Of a stretch of 64,000 nt of DNA, positions 29,528-38,265 are shown one piece after another. This DNA comes from an uncultured archaeon (GTDB taxonomy: Archaea > Altiarchaeota > Altiarchaeia > IMC4 > QMZM01). The translations under genes and the position numbers were made by a program. Below the pieces are notes generated by a model, which saw only the letters and a list, made by a program, of their open reading frames with translations, was not told the origin of the DNA and searched no databases. Location of the stretch: positions 79,520 through 143,519 of the forward strand of contig CAZJVE010000002.1 in NCBI GenBank assembly GCA_964549685.1, written 5' to 3'. The number at the start of each line of letters is the position of its first letter. The first letter of the stretch is position 1.

Positions 29528-30496
29528 TTACAACACAAAGGAAATCGCAATAACACCAAAGAGGAATTCTATCAGGATGAGAATCAAAACGAGGTCCTTC
29601 TCAGTAACCCCGCCGGTCAGCTTCATTATCCACTGGCAGAGGCTTACCGGCCTCTCCGGACTGAAGAGCTTACCGTCCCTGTACCGGCCCCACCAGCCCT
29701 TGCTCGGGAACCCGTTCTTCGCCTTTATGAAAAAGTCTATGATGTAGGGGAGCAGGACTATGGTCCCGAGGGTCTCGAAATTTCCTATTATTACCGCGGA
29801 TGCGATTACTGCGCCAACCGTCAGGGTCCCTATGTCACCTATCAGAACCCTTGAGGGATACCAGTTGAAGAACAGGAACGCGGCAAGTGCGCCGCACATG
29901 GACAGCAGCAGAATCAGGGCCTCGTCGCTGCCGAGCCGGAAGGCGACAAAGGCGAGAGAGAGGCAGGCAACCAGGCCCATCCCCGCCTCCGAGCCGTTGA
30001 AGCCCGCCAGCATGTTAGTGACATTGGACGCCCCCGCAATCCCGATGGGGATGAGAATCAGCGCATAGAAGATTCCGAATTCCACCGGGCCTATGAACGG
30101 GAACGTCATCGTTGTGACCCCCGCCTTTACGGCCGCCAGGGGGAGTGCCGCAAAGAGCGGCAGGACAGCCTTTATGCCCTGGTGCATCGCAAACAGATCG
30201 TCGAATATCCCGACCAGGGCCATGAGCAGTATCGTCGATAATGCAGCCAGAAGATACGCCAGCTTGAAGCCATTGCCAAACGCATGAAACGAGGTAAAGA
30301 GCGCAACGGCAATAAGAATCCCGGCAGTCAGCCCGAATACTATGCCGAACCCGCCCATCTCCGGAACCTCTGGTTGAGATGGTTTGTTCACATCCTTTCC
30401 CACCAGACCGGCCCTCCGCAGCTTCGGTATTATCCAGGGCGTCGAGACGAACGTCACGAGGAATGATGCCAGAAGAACCGGCAGGAATTCATACAT
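29528..30496 (-). CDS. aglH: glycosyltransferase family 4 (MraY/WecA/AglH-type dolichyl-phosphate hexosamine-1-P transferase)
   Basis: About 10 TM helices, GKDVNKPSQPEVPEMGG, IGIFDDLF, and NVTNMLAGFNG. Confidence 0.8.
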   Translation of the reverse strand: MYEFLPVLLASFLVTFVSTPWIIPKLRRAGLVGKDVNKPSQPEVPEMGGFGIVFGLTAGILIAVALFTSFHAFGNGFKLAYLLAALSTILLMALVGIFDDLFAMHQGIKAVLPLFAALPLAAVKAGVTTMTFPFIGPVEFGIFYALILIPIGIAGASNVTNMLAGFNGSEAGMGLVACLSLAFVAFRLGSDEALILLLSMCGALAAFLFFNWYPSRVLIGDIGTLTVGAVIASAVIIGNFETLGTIVLLPYIIDFFIKAKNGFPSKGWWGRYRDGKLFSPERPVSLCQWIMKLTGGVTEKDLVLILILIEFLFGVIAISFVL

Positions 30497-30544
30497 CTTG
30501 AAATTACATATTAATTTCTAATACTAAATAATAGGTATCTCCAT

Positions 30545-30669
30545 GCGACCATAGTGTAGTCTGGCTATCACTCTGGCTTGCCAACAGCCCTTTTCCGCCT
30601 TCGGCGCAAAAGCGTTGACGGAAAAACGGCAAACAGCCAGTGACTCGGGTTCAAATCCCGGTGGTCGCA
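30545..30669 (+). tRNA. tRNA-Gly(GCC) with ~51-nt intron at the canonical 37/38 position
   Basis: Acceptor GCGACCA/TGGTCGC, D-arm GTGT..TCAC, anticodon stem CTGGC/GCCAG with loop TTGCCAA interrupted by cagccc...ggcaaac, T-arm TCGGG-TTCAAAT-CCCGG, discriminator A. Confidence 0.85.
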
Positions 30670-30685
30670 AACTATTGTTTCAGTC

Positions 30686-30708
30686 TTGAATTCACCAGCA
30701 GAATTTCC
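30686..30708. repeat. GAATTC-based intergenic motif, copy C
   Basis: TTGAATTCACCAGCAGAATTTCC lies between the tRNA-Gly 3' end and the stop codon (cta, 30708..30710) of the minus-strand Zn-ribbon gene. Confidence 0.45.
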
Positions 30709-31004
30709 TAGCGTCTAGACTTCTCGCTTTTCCTGCCCTCTTCCATCGCCCAGCGCTTTGCCTCAATCATGGCTTCCTCTGCAGTCGGGAAGTCCTTCAG
30801 CTTCACGTTCCAGCAGCCCTTCTTCCTGTACCTGTTCGATTTGTTGCATGCCCTGCAGCGGAACATTATCTCTCCCTGCGTGACCTGTATCCTGCCGCAG
30901 TGCCCGCACATCGCTGTCTTGTAGGGCAGTAGTTTCTTATCCGGCGCTGCTTTTTTCTTACCTGCAAATACCATGCCCATGATGGTTGATGGTTCGTCGG
31001 TCAT
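30708..31004 (-). CDS. zinc-ribbon protein (DUF1922-like)
   Basis: Start at MTDEPS (ATG 31004), overlapping the upstream ORF's stop (ATGA). CGHCG-x13-CRAC, then FPTAEEAMIEAKRW. Confidence 0.5.
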   Translation of the reverse strand: MTDEPSTIMGMVFAGKKKAAPDKKLLPYKTAMCGHCGRIQVTQGEIMFRCRACNKSNRYRKKGCWNVKLKDFPTAEEAMIEAKRWAMEEGRKSEKSRR

Positions 31005-31129
31005 TTTTTGCTCACGGCAATGACGTGGGCCCTCATCGTGCCCCCGCAGGGGCATTTCTTCTCGACAAATGAGGGATTATCTATATCCTCCGTAAATCCA
31101 CACTCTTGGCACTCGAACTTGAATTTCAC
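31001..31129 (-). CDS. tiny zinc-ribbon protein (42 aa, GTG start)
   Basis: VKFKFECQECGFTEDIDNPSFVEKKCPCGGTMRAHVIAVSKK. A GGGGGT Shine-Dalgarno-like box lies upstream, and the ORF is translationally coupled to the next gene. Confidence 0.35.
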   Translation of the reverse strand: MKFKFECQECGFTEDIDNPSFVEKKCPCGGTMRAHVIAVSKK

Positions 31130-31221
31130 AATCAAAATACCCCCATTTGTTTCGTTTTATTATCTTATAATTAATAATTATTAATAATTACAAAAGCAAT
31201 AATCATTAATTGTTACAAGAG

Positions 31222-32499
31222 ATGGAAACCGAGTTTGAGGCGTTCTTTGGGAAACAGCAAAGGCCAACAAGGTCCATTAACAATATCCGAAAGGTAGGAG
31301 ATATACTCGATATAGAGCCGAGGACCGTTAACGAGATTATCTACCCCCAGGACGTTCACGTTTTCAGGCTTCACATCAACCTGGTGGAGCACCCCATAAG
31401 CGTGTGGGGGTGCATCTCCTTCCACAACAGGGCAAAGGGCATTTACAAGGGAGGCATAAGGATTTCCTCCGACCTGGATATCTGGGACACCATTGAGCTC
31501 TCGAGGCTGATGACCCTGAAGACCTCCCTGGTGAACCTAGAGTTTGGCGGGGCAAAGACGGGAATACGCTTTGACATGTCCAAGGCATATGAGCTGCTTG
31601 ACAGGACACAATATGATGTCAAGTTCGAAACCTATGTCAAAAAGGAGATAATCAAGGAGTTTGCCCACCATTATCACGACATGCTTACGAAAAAGCACTA
31701 TGTCCCTGCCCCGGACATTAACACGGGCCCGTCTGAAATGGCCCTGATTTACGGCGAGACCCACGAGCCGTCTTCCGTCACCGGAAAGCCGGAGGGTGTT
31801 CCCGGCTGGCTGCCCGGCAGAAAGGAAGCGACGGGCTACGGGGTTTATATCGTTGTTAAAAACCTGATTGAGAGGATGAAGCAAAAGCCCGGAGAAACTA
31901 CTGTGGCGATTCAGGGCTTTGGGAACGTCGGCTCAAACTCGGCCTTTTTCCTGGACAAGCTGGGTGTGAAGATAGTGGCTGTCGAGGACAAGGACGGGAG
32001 CGTTCACAAAGAAGATGGCATCGATGTCGCATCGCTGACCAAGCACGTAACATCCAATGGAACAGTTAAGGGGTTTTGCGACCCTGCACCGGACTTCTTC
32101 GGGGTTGAGGCGGACATCATGGTTCCGGCGGCAATCAATGACGCCATAGACGCTGAAGCCGCCAAAAAGATAAAGGCAAAGTACGTTGTCGAGGGCGCAA
32201 ACTTCCCGACGACCCCCGAGGCAATGGAAATATTTGAGAAGAAGGACACAGAGGTTATTCCGGACATTCTCTCAAACGCCGGGGGCGTAATAGCATCATC
32301 CGTGGAGTATGCCAATCCCGTATCGACGCAAAAAATGGACAAGGAGGAGGTATTCGCCATGATTGAGAAGAAGATCGGGAAAAACCTGAACCTTGCCTCC
32401 AACATAGCGAAGGAGAGATCAATAAGCCTGGACCTTGCATGCACCTTCTTATCGGCCGAGAGACTAATCAAGACGATGAAGAACAAGGGGTGGATATAG
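31222..32499 (+). CDS. gdh: Glu/Leu/Phe/Val-family amino-acid dehydrogenase (glutamate dehydrogenase-like, divergent)
   Basis: KGIYKGGIRISS, LEFGGAKTGIRFD, and the Rossmann motif VAIQGFGNVGS. First ATG used; the track ORF starts at an upstream TTG. Confidence 0.75.
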   Translation: METEFEAFFGKQQRPTRSINNIRKVGDILDIEPRTVNEIIYPQDVHVFRLHINLVEHPISVWGCISFHNRAKGIYKGGIRISSDLDIWDTIELSRLMTLKTSLVNLEFGGAKTGIRFDMSKAYELLDRTQYDVKFETYVKKEIIKEFAHHYHDMLTKKHYVPAPDINTGPSEMALIYGETHEPSSVTGKPEGVPGWLPGRKEATGYGVYIVVKNLIERMKQKPGETTVAIQGFGNVGSNSAFFLDKLGVKIVAVEDKDGSVHKEDGIDVASLTKHVTSNGTVKGFCDPAPDFFGVEADIMVPAAINDAIDAEAAKKIKAKYVVEGANFPTTPEAMEIFEKKDTEVIPDILSNAGGVIASSVEYANPVSTQKMDKEEVFAMIEKKIGKNLNLASNIAKERSISLDLACTFLSAERLIKTMKNKGWI

Positions 32500-32558
32500 T
32501 CCCTTTCAGAGAAATCAGCCAAGCGTATTTATCTCTATAATCCGATTTCTTTAAGGTA

Positions 32559-35084
32559 ATGGCCATTGAATTCCAGAACCTCGGCATCGAGAACCCCTAC
32601 GTTCTTTTGCTCATAATTCCTGCAGCGTTCCTCATCCACCGCTATGTCAAGAAGGGTGGGATGAACCGGGAGAAGAGGCTATTCATCGCGTCCAGGACGG
32701 TTATATTATCTCTCCTGCTCCTGGCGCTCTCCATCCCGTATATCATCGAAGAGGTGAGAGAATTCCAGGACGCTGCCTCTGTAATGTTCCTCTACGATGC
32801 CTCGGGGAGCATGTCCGTTTATCCCGAGGAGATTCATGCTACAGTCAATGAGCTCTACCGCACAGTGAGGAGCATGGTCGGGAACATGACCGGCTATCCC
32901 GATGCCGTCAGCATCCAGTACTTTTCCGAGGGCAACAGGACGGAGATAGGAAACGTTCTGTATCAGAATGCAATGAAGACGGATACGGAGAGCAACCTGC
33001 TTCTCCTGATAAGCGACGGCAACAACAACTATGGCAGGGATGCGGAGGACGTCGCGGCTGTTCTTGCCGGGATGAACACCACCATATCGGCACTAATTCC
33101 CGACTCGGCAGCCCGGGACGTATACCTTGCTGATATTCGCGGCGAGAAGAAGGTCCCCGCAGATACGGAGTATCGCATAGTGGTAAAGGTCGGCAAAACC
33201 GGCGAAGGGAGGGCGGACTACCGGCTGAACCTCTACGTTGATGACAACCAGAAGAACGGCGTCGACGCCTTCCAGGACGAAGACATGAGCAGCAGGGCAT
33301 TTGTTCTGTCCTTCAGCGAGAGGGGCCCGCACAAGATAGTCGCCGAGATTATTCCTGAGGGGGAAGACTATTTTGCAATGAACAACCGGTTCCTGAAGGC
33401 CATAGACGTTGTCGACAAGCCCCACGTTCTTCTCATCTCGGATGACTCTGACTCCCCGCTTTTCAAGGTATTGCAGGAGAGCTATGTAGTTACGGTAACC
33501 CCCAGCCCGACCACGGACTTCGATAGCTACGACGTGGTATTCATTGACAACAAGCCGCTGGGGGAGCTCGGCTCCGGCTTTGTCAGCTCCATAAACGCCT
33601 ATGTTGTTGATGGAAACGGCCTCGTGGTCGTTGGAGGGGACGATTCATACGAGAACGGGGACTATTACAACAGCGACCTGGAGAGGATTCTTCCCGTTGT
33701 TTCAGCCGAAATTCCGAAGGACAGGAGGAAGGAGATTGCAGTTATCTTCCTGATTGACATCTCGGAGAGCACCGAATACGGTGTCGGAGGCGAATCAAAG
33801 ATTGACGTTGAGAAGGCCATTGCCATAAACATGCTGAGACAGCTCAACGACAACGACAAGGTCGGGGCTGTTGCATTCAACTACAACGGCTATATCCTGT
33901 CTGCCCTGAACAGCCTGAGCAACAACAAGGACTCGCTGGAGAATCAGATATACTCTCTGCAGTTTGGCGGCGGCACGGACATGCTTCCGGGCCTGATGAT
34001 AGCGGAAACGCTCATTGAAGACTTTCAGGGGGACAAATATGTGATAATCCTCTCTGATGGAGTCATAGGGAGCAAGAGCAGGAGGGAGCCGACCCTGGGG
34101 CAGGTTGCTGCGATGGCGGAGAAGGGGATTTTCGTCTATACGGTCGGCGTTGGATTCGACACCGATGAAGGATTCATGAGCCAGCTGGCTCAGAACGGCG
34201 GCGGAATCTATTTCAGGCCCACGGAATATCAGCGGCTCAAGCTGGAATTCGGCCAGGGCGGACAGGACAGAGACGGAAAGAACGCCATTAGCATCTACAA
34301 CAGATACCACTTCATAACGCAGGACCTTGAGGATACCGACGTCGAGGGCCTGACGGTGAGCAAATATAATGGGGTTACTGACAAGTCAATCGCCCAGCTG
34401 CTGGTAACTGCTGGGAGCAAGAAACCGCTCGTTACTGCATGGAGATTCGGCCTCGGTAGGGCAGTTTCAATCTCCACGGACAACGGAAAGGGCTGGGGCT
34501 CGAACCTCTATAAGGTCGCCGACGGCCAGCTGGTCAATGCGATAACGAACTGGGCAATCGGGGACCTTGAGAAGGGGAAGAATACGATAATAAACTCAAG
34601 GGACGGTTCCGTCGGCAGGGACTCGTCCATATTCATAGAATCCGCCGAGGTGCCTTCACTGGTAGCAAGGCACGAGGGCGCGGGCGAGGCGAGCGGGATA
34701 GGACTCAAACAGATTGACCTGAAGGAATACACCGGGACCCTATATCCTGACCTGGAGGGCTTCTATTTCCTGATAGCCAGGTCCGCAGTCGGAGAGGACA
34801 GCGATGCAGTTGCTGTAAATTATCTGGCCGAGTATTCGCGGCTGGGGGCAGACCGGGAGAGCCTCACAAGAGTTACGAGAACGACCCGCGGCCTGATATA
34901 CGATATGTCCCAGCTCGATGAGCTGGAGCAGGACGTAATAAGCTATGCAAGGGAGGGCACAATGAAGAAAACCGTCAAGAAGAACCCCCTGGTCATGTAC
35001 TTCGCAATTCTTGCATTGCTTATATTCTTTACGGATGTGGTTGTCAGGAGGGTCCGGGAGATAAAGAAGAGGACCGAGGAATGA
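32559..35084 (+). CDS. membrane-anchored double vWA-domain protein (BatA-like N-terminus)
   Basis: N-terminal double-TM segment, MIDAS motifs LYDASGSMS and LIDISESTE, GGGTDMLPGL, and a C-terminal TM helix. Confidence 0.8.
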   Translation: MAIEFQNLGIENPYVLLLIIPAAFLIHRYVKKGGMNREKRLFIASRTVILSLLLLALSIPYIIEEVREFQDAASVMFLYDASGSMSVYPEEIHATVNELYRTVRSMVGNMTGYPDAVSIQYFSEGNRTEIGNVLYQNAMKTDTESNLLLLISDGNNNYGRDAEDVAAVLAGMNTTISALIPDSAARDVYLADIRGEKKVPADTEYRIVVKVGKTGEGRADYRLNLYVDDNQKNGVDAFQDEDMSSRAFVLSFSERGPHKIVAEIIPEGEDYFAMNNRFLKAIDVVDKPHVLLISDDSDSPLFKVLQESYVVTVTPSPTTDFDSYDVVFIDNKPLGELGSGFVSSINAYVVDGNGLVVVGGDDSYENGDYYNSDLERILPVVSAEIPKDRRKEIAVIFLIDISESTEYGVGGESKIDVEKAIAINMLRQLNDNDKVGAVAFNYNGYILSALNSLSNNKDSLENQIYSLQFGGGTDMLPGLMIAETLIEDFQGDKYVIILSDGVIGSKSRREPTLGQVAAMAEKGIFVYTVGVGFDTDEGFMSQLAQNGGGIYFRPTEYQRLKLEFGQGGQDRDGKNAISIYNRYHFITQDLEDTDVEGLTVSKYNGVTDKSIAQLLVTAGSKKPLVTAWRFGLGRAVSISTDNGKGWGSNLYKVADGQLVNAITNWAIGDLEKGKNTIINSRDGSVGRDSSIFIESAEVPSLVARHEGAGEASGIGLKQIDLKEYTGTLYPDLEGFYFLIARSAVGEDSDAVAVNYLAEYSRLGADRESLTRVTRTTRGLIYDMSQLDELEQDVISYAREGTMKKTVKKNPLVMYFAILALLIFFTDVVVRRVREIKKRTEE

Positions 35085-35569
35085 TTCTTGGAAAGGAGAG
35101 AATTCAGGAGCTCGTAGAGCAGTCCGCACTGCTGGAGAGCTTCAGCCCCGATTCCCTGGGGGGAGCGGGCTATGACTTGCGGATTGGAAGGGTTTACAGG
35201 CTGAGGGGCGGGGGGGCCCTGCTGGTCGAAGGCAAGAATAATCCAGAGGTTGAGGAGCTTCAGGGCGATGAATTCACTCTGAAGGCCGGAGAATATATTC
35301 TAATCGAAAGTCTTGAGAAGGTCAATATGCCGCCGAATCTGGTTGCGAGAATTCTGCCAAGGTCGACAATCTTCAGGAATGGTTGTTCTCTAATAACGGC
35401 CCTCGTCGACCCCGGGTTCAGGGGGACCCTGACCATGGGCCTGAAGAACCTGTCGGGCCATGAGTTCAAATTCCAGAGGAACGCGAGGGTAGCGCAGATT
35501 GTTTTCGAGGAGGTAAGCGGAGGGACAGAGGAATACGGCGGGCACTATCAGGGCGGCAAGGTCGTGTGA
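35081..35569 (+). CDS. dcd: dCTP deaminase / dUTPase-fold enzyme
   Basis: GGAGYDLRIG, RSTIFRNG, VDPGFRGTLTMGLKN, and VAQIVFEEV. ATGA overlap with the vWA gene. Confidence 0.8.
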   Translation: MILGKERIQELVEQSALLESFSPDSLGGAGYDLRIGRVYRLRGGGALLVEGKNNPEVEELQGDEFTLKAGEYILIESLEKVNMPPNLVARILPRSTIFRNGCSLITALVDPGFRGTLTMGLKNLSGHEFKFQRNARVAQIVFEEVSGGTEEYGGHYQGGKVV

Positions 35570-35808
35570 CCGAAATGGATGATTAGGTCGAGGTTGAGCA
35601 TCCCCCCCTCTTTCTTCTTGGTGTCGCAGGCCCCATAGCACGGGTCTGTGAATATGACAGTCTTTGCTCCTGTCTTTGACTCTATCTCCTCTGCAATCTT
35701 TACCGCCTCCTTCTTCAGGCCCTCAGGAAGCTGCAGGCCGACAAGCTTTGCATTCTTCTCCCTAATCTCTCGTACAACCCTGTCGAGTTCGAGGTTATAG
35801 TCAGGCAT
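35548..35808 (-). pseudogene. dph2: N-terminal fragment (86 aa) of diphthamide synthase Dph2
   Basis: LVGLQLPEGLKKEA...DPCYGACD...DLIIHFGH matches only the first quarter of archaeal Dph2 (~330 aa). The ORF stops and overlaps the convergent dcd 3' end by 22 nt. Confidence 0.6.
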
Positions 35809-36205
35809 CTTCTTTTCTATCGACCCATTTCACTCTATCAAACCCCGCATCGAATGAATACAAGGTCTTATCATTTAATATCTTCATCAGCGTGAGAATG
35901 GTGCCATCAGTAAAGCTCAGCTTGTATCTCTTTGAGAACTTCCACGCATGCAAAAACATTGGACTGTCAATCAAAACAAGCCTAAGCTTCGGTTCATGGA
36001 TCAATGTTCTGCCAAGTTCACTCGCTGCAATAAAATCCCTCTTGTTTATAAGAAAGGTAACGCATTCGTTGAATATGTGGTCATTCACAAAAACATTCTT
36101 TATCTTACCCTCGTGTATGGCTTTTATTATTGGAACCGCCATTTCATGCCATTGGTCCTTTTTCCTCTTAGCTCCAATCCAGACACATGAATCCACAACT
36201 GGCAT
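35801..36205 (-). CDS. vapC: PIN-domain ribonuclease toxin VapC
   Basis: Acidic residues in PIN spacing (VVDSCVWI, NEC, SFTDGT, SFDAGFD). AT-rich and paired with an upstream RHH gene. Confidence 0.8.
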   Translation of the reverse strand: MPVVDSCVWIGAKRKKDQWHEMAVPIIKAIHEGKIKNVFVNDHIFNECVTFLINKRDFIAASELGRTLIHEPKLRLVLIDSPMFLHAWKFSKRYKLSFTDGTILTLMKILNDKTLYSFDAGFDRVKWVDRKEDA

Positions 36206-36209
36206 TTAC

Positions 36210-36461
36210 CTATCCCCACACTACCTCGTCAAGCTCTTTTACGGAGTCGGTTTTGGGTCCTTTTGTCGAGGGATTCTCAAGGATCTCAAGGAGATAATTA
36301 TGCTTTTGTGCCTTACTTCCTTTATGGATTTCCGGTTCTATATAAGAAACAAGGGCTTCGCGCATTAGTTCTGACCTCTTCTTATATCTATACCTTGCTT
36401 CTTGATCATATCTTTTTAGTACCTTCTTTGGCAGTTTTAGAGAGATTTGTGTGTATTCCAT
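36210..36461 (-). CDS. vapB: ribbon-helix-helix (CopG-like) antitoxin VapB
   Basis: ISLKLPKKVLKRYDQEA...RSELMREALVSYI is an RHH pattern. The gene ends 4 nt upstream of vapC. Confidence 0.65.
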   Translation of the reverse strand: MEYTQISLKLPKKVLKRYDQEARYRYKKRSELMREALVSYIEPEIHKGSKAQKHNYLLEILENPSTKGPKTDSVKELDEVVWG

Positions 36462-36504
36462 TGTATCACCTTGAATATCTATTGGGATTCAGAATATAAA
36501 TACA

Positions 36505-38232
36505 TTACTTCCCCTTCTTTATTCGAAGGATTTCCCGCATTGTCTCTTTGTCCTCCTCGCTCAGGGCCTCTTTGTCGACCCGTTCTACATCCTCGTTGGA
36601 CATGAAGGGATAGACTATGTCCCCTTCGGAGAGCTGCCTGCCCACGGTTACGTTCTCTATTGCGACGGCGACCTGTTCGCCCTTCTTGGCGGATTTCACT
36701 GTTTCGCTCTTGCTCTGAATCTCCTTTACCCGGCCCACAATCTTTCCGTCTTCCTTGAGGAGGCTGCAGCCCGGGCCGAATTCCCCGGCAAGAACCTCTA
36801 TGCCCACAATAGCCGGCTTGCTCTGCCTGAAGACGCAGTCCGGCATGAACCTGAGTTTTGCTGGAGTGACGACCTTGCCAACGAGCTCCTTCTTCTCCTT
36901 GTCCCTCTCTTCCTTGACCCAGAGCTCGTAGTCCTCCAGAAGCTTATAGATTACGTTGCTCTGGAAGATTTTGACCTCGTTGTCCCTGGCAATCTGCTCC
37001 GCGTTCTCAAGGACCCTGGAGTTGAAGGCGAGGATTACGCCGAGGTGTTTGTTCTCCTGCCCTACTGCTGATGCCTCGATAACGTCATTGTTGGAGACCT
37101 TTCCTATCGTGCCCCTCTTTATCGGAATCTCGCTCTCCTGCAGAATCTTTATCAGGGCTTCGAGCGAGCCGATGGTATCTGCCTTGATTATCAGGCCCAG
37201 GTTGTCCTTGTCTATCTCGACGTCCTGAATCTCATTCCTTACCTTGCCGATGAGCTCTTCTGCCCCAACATAGACCGGGGCCCCCGCCATTGCATCCTCC
37301 AGGCCCGGAGCAGCAATCTTTACCCCTGCTGCTGCGTAAATCTCATCCTCCTGCGAGAACTTGTCCCTTGGGTCGCGAATTTCGTCGAGGGGCTTCGGCC
37401 TGAGCAGGGCCTTGACTTTTGTAAGGATTGGTTCCTTCGCCCCGACGATTATCGAATCCCCCTTCCTTATCACTCCTTCATAGACTATGACGTCTATTGT
37501 CGTGCCGAGGCCCTTTTCCTCTCTAACCTCAAGGATGGTGCCTTTTGCCGGGCTGTTCGGGTCGATGGTCAGCTTCCCCGTGAGGTACTGCTGCGACAGG
37601 CCGATGAGGACCATCAGGAGCTCCGGTATGCCCTTGCCGTGCTTGGCTGAGATAGGAACGATGGCTATCTGCTTTGTGAAGTCACTTACCTGGGAGAATA
37701 AATCGGACTCAAAGCCGTGCTCCGACAGCTTTCCAATGAGCGAATAGAACCTGTTGTAGAATTCCTTCTGGACATGCTCCTGCTGTGAATTCAGGTCCTG
37801 CTCTGGATTCCAGCCCCCGATAACGTCCACCTTATTTGCAGCAATGATGAAGGGCACCCGGTACTGCTTGAGAATCTGCATCGCCTCAAGGGACTGGGGC
37901 ATGAGCCCTTCATTTATGTCAACGACGAGAATTGCCAGGTCGGCGACAGAACCGCCCCTCTTCCTTAGATTGGTGAATGCCTCGTGGCCCGGCGTGTCTA
38001 TGAAAAGAAGGCCCCTGAGTTCGGTCTTCATCCCGAAGGCATCCAGCAGGCTGCCGCAAATCTCCTTCACGGTCTCAAAGGGAACGTCAGTCGCGCCGAT
38101 GTGCTGGGTGATTCCCCCCGCCTCTCTCGATGCTATTACGGAACCCCTTATCCAGTCCAGGAGCGTTGTCTTCCCATGGTCTACATGACCCAGAACCGAG
38201 ATGATTGGCTCCCTCACCTTAGCGGATGACAT
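36505..38232 (-). CDS. infB: translation initiation factor aIF5B (IF2 homolog)
   Basis: PIISVLGHVDHGKTTLLD, DTPGHEAF, and NKVD, followed by domains II-IV. Confidence 0.95.
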   Translation of the reverse strand: MSSAKVREPIISVLGHVDHGKTTLLDWIRGSVIASREAGGITQHIGATDVPFETVKEICGSLLDAFGMKTELRGLLFIDTPGHEAFTNLRKRGGSVADLAILVVDINEGLMPQSLEAMQILKQYRVPFIIAANKVDVIGGWNPEQDLNSQQEHVQKEFYNRFYSLIGKLSEHGFESDLFSQVSDFTKQIAIVPISAKHGKGIPELLMVLIGLSQQYLTGKLTIDPNSPAKGTILEVREEKGLGTTIDVIVYEGVIRKGDSIIVGAKEPILTKVKALLRPKPLDEIRDPRDKFSQEDEIYAAAGVKIAAPGLEDAMAGAPVYVGAEELIGKVRNEIQDVEIDKDNLGLIIKADTIGSLEALIKILQESEIPIKRGTIGKVSNNDVIEASAVGQENKHLGVILAFNSRVLENAEQIARDNEVKIFQSNVIYKLLEDYELWVKEERDKEKKELVGKVVTPAKLRFMPDCVFRQSKPAIVGIEVLAGEFGPGCSLLKEDGKIVGRVKEIQSKSETVKSAKKGEQVAVAIENVTVGRQLSEGDIVYPFMSNEDVERVDKEALSEEDKETMREILRIKKGK

Positions 38233-38265
38233 GTATATATTTAAAATTTTAACCTTTTATGTCCA

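Noticed and set aside
31130-31221. AT-rich reiterated ttaataatta units between the Zn-ribbon genes and gdh
   Set aside because: It is a short low-complexity AT tract in a divergent promoter spacer. This is expected from TATA/BRE-rich archaeal promoters and is not convincing as a discrete repeat element.
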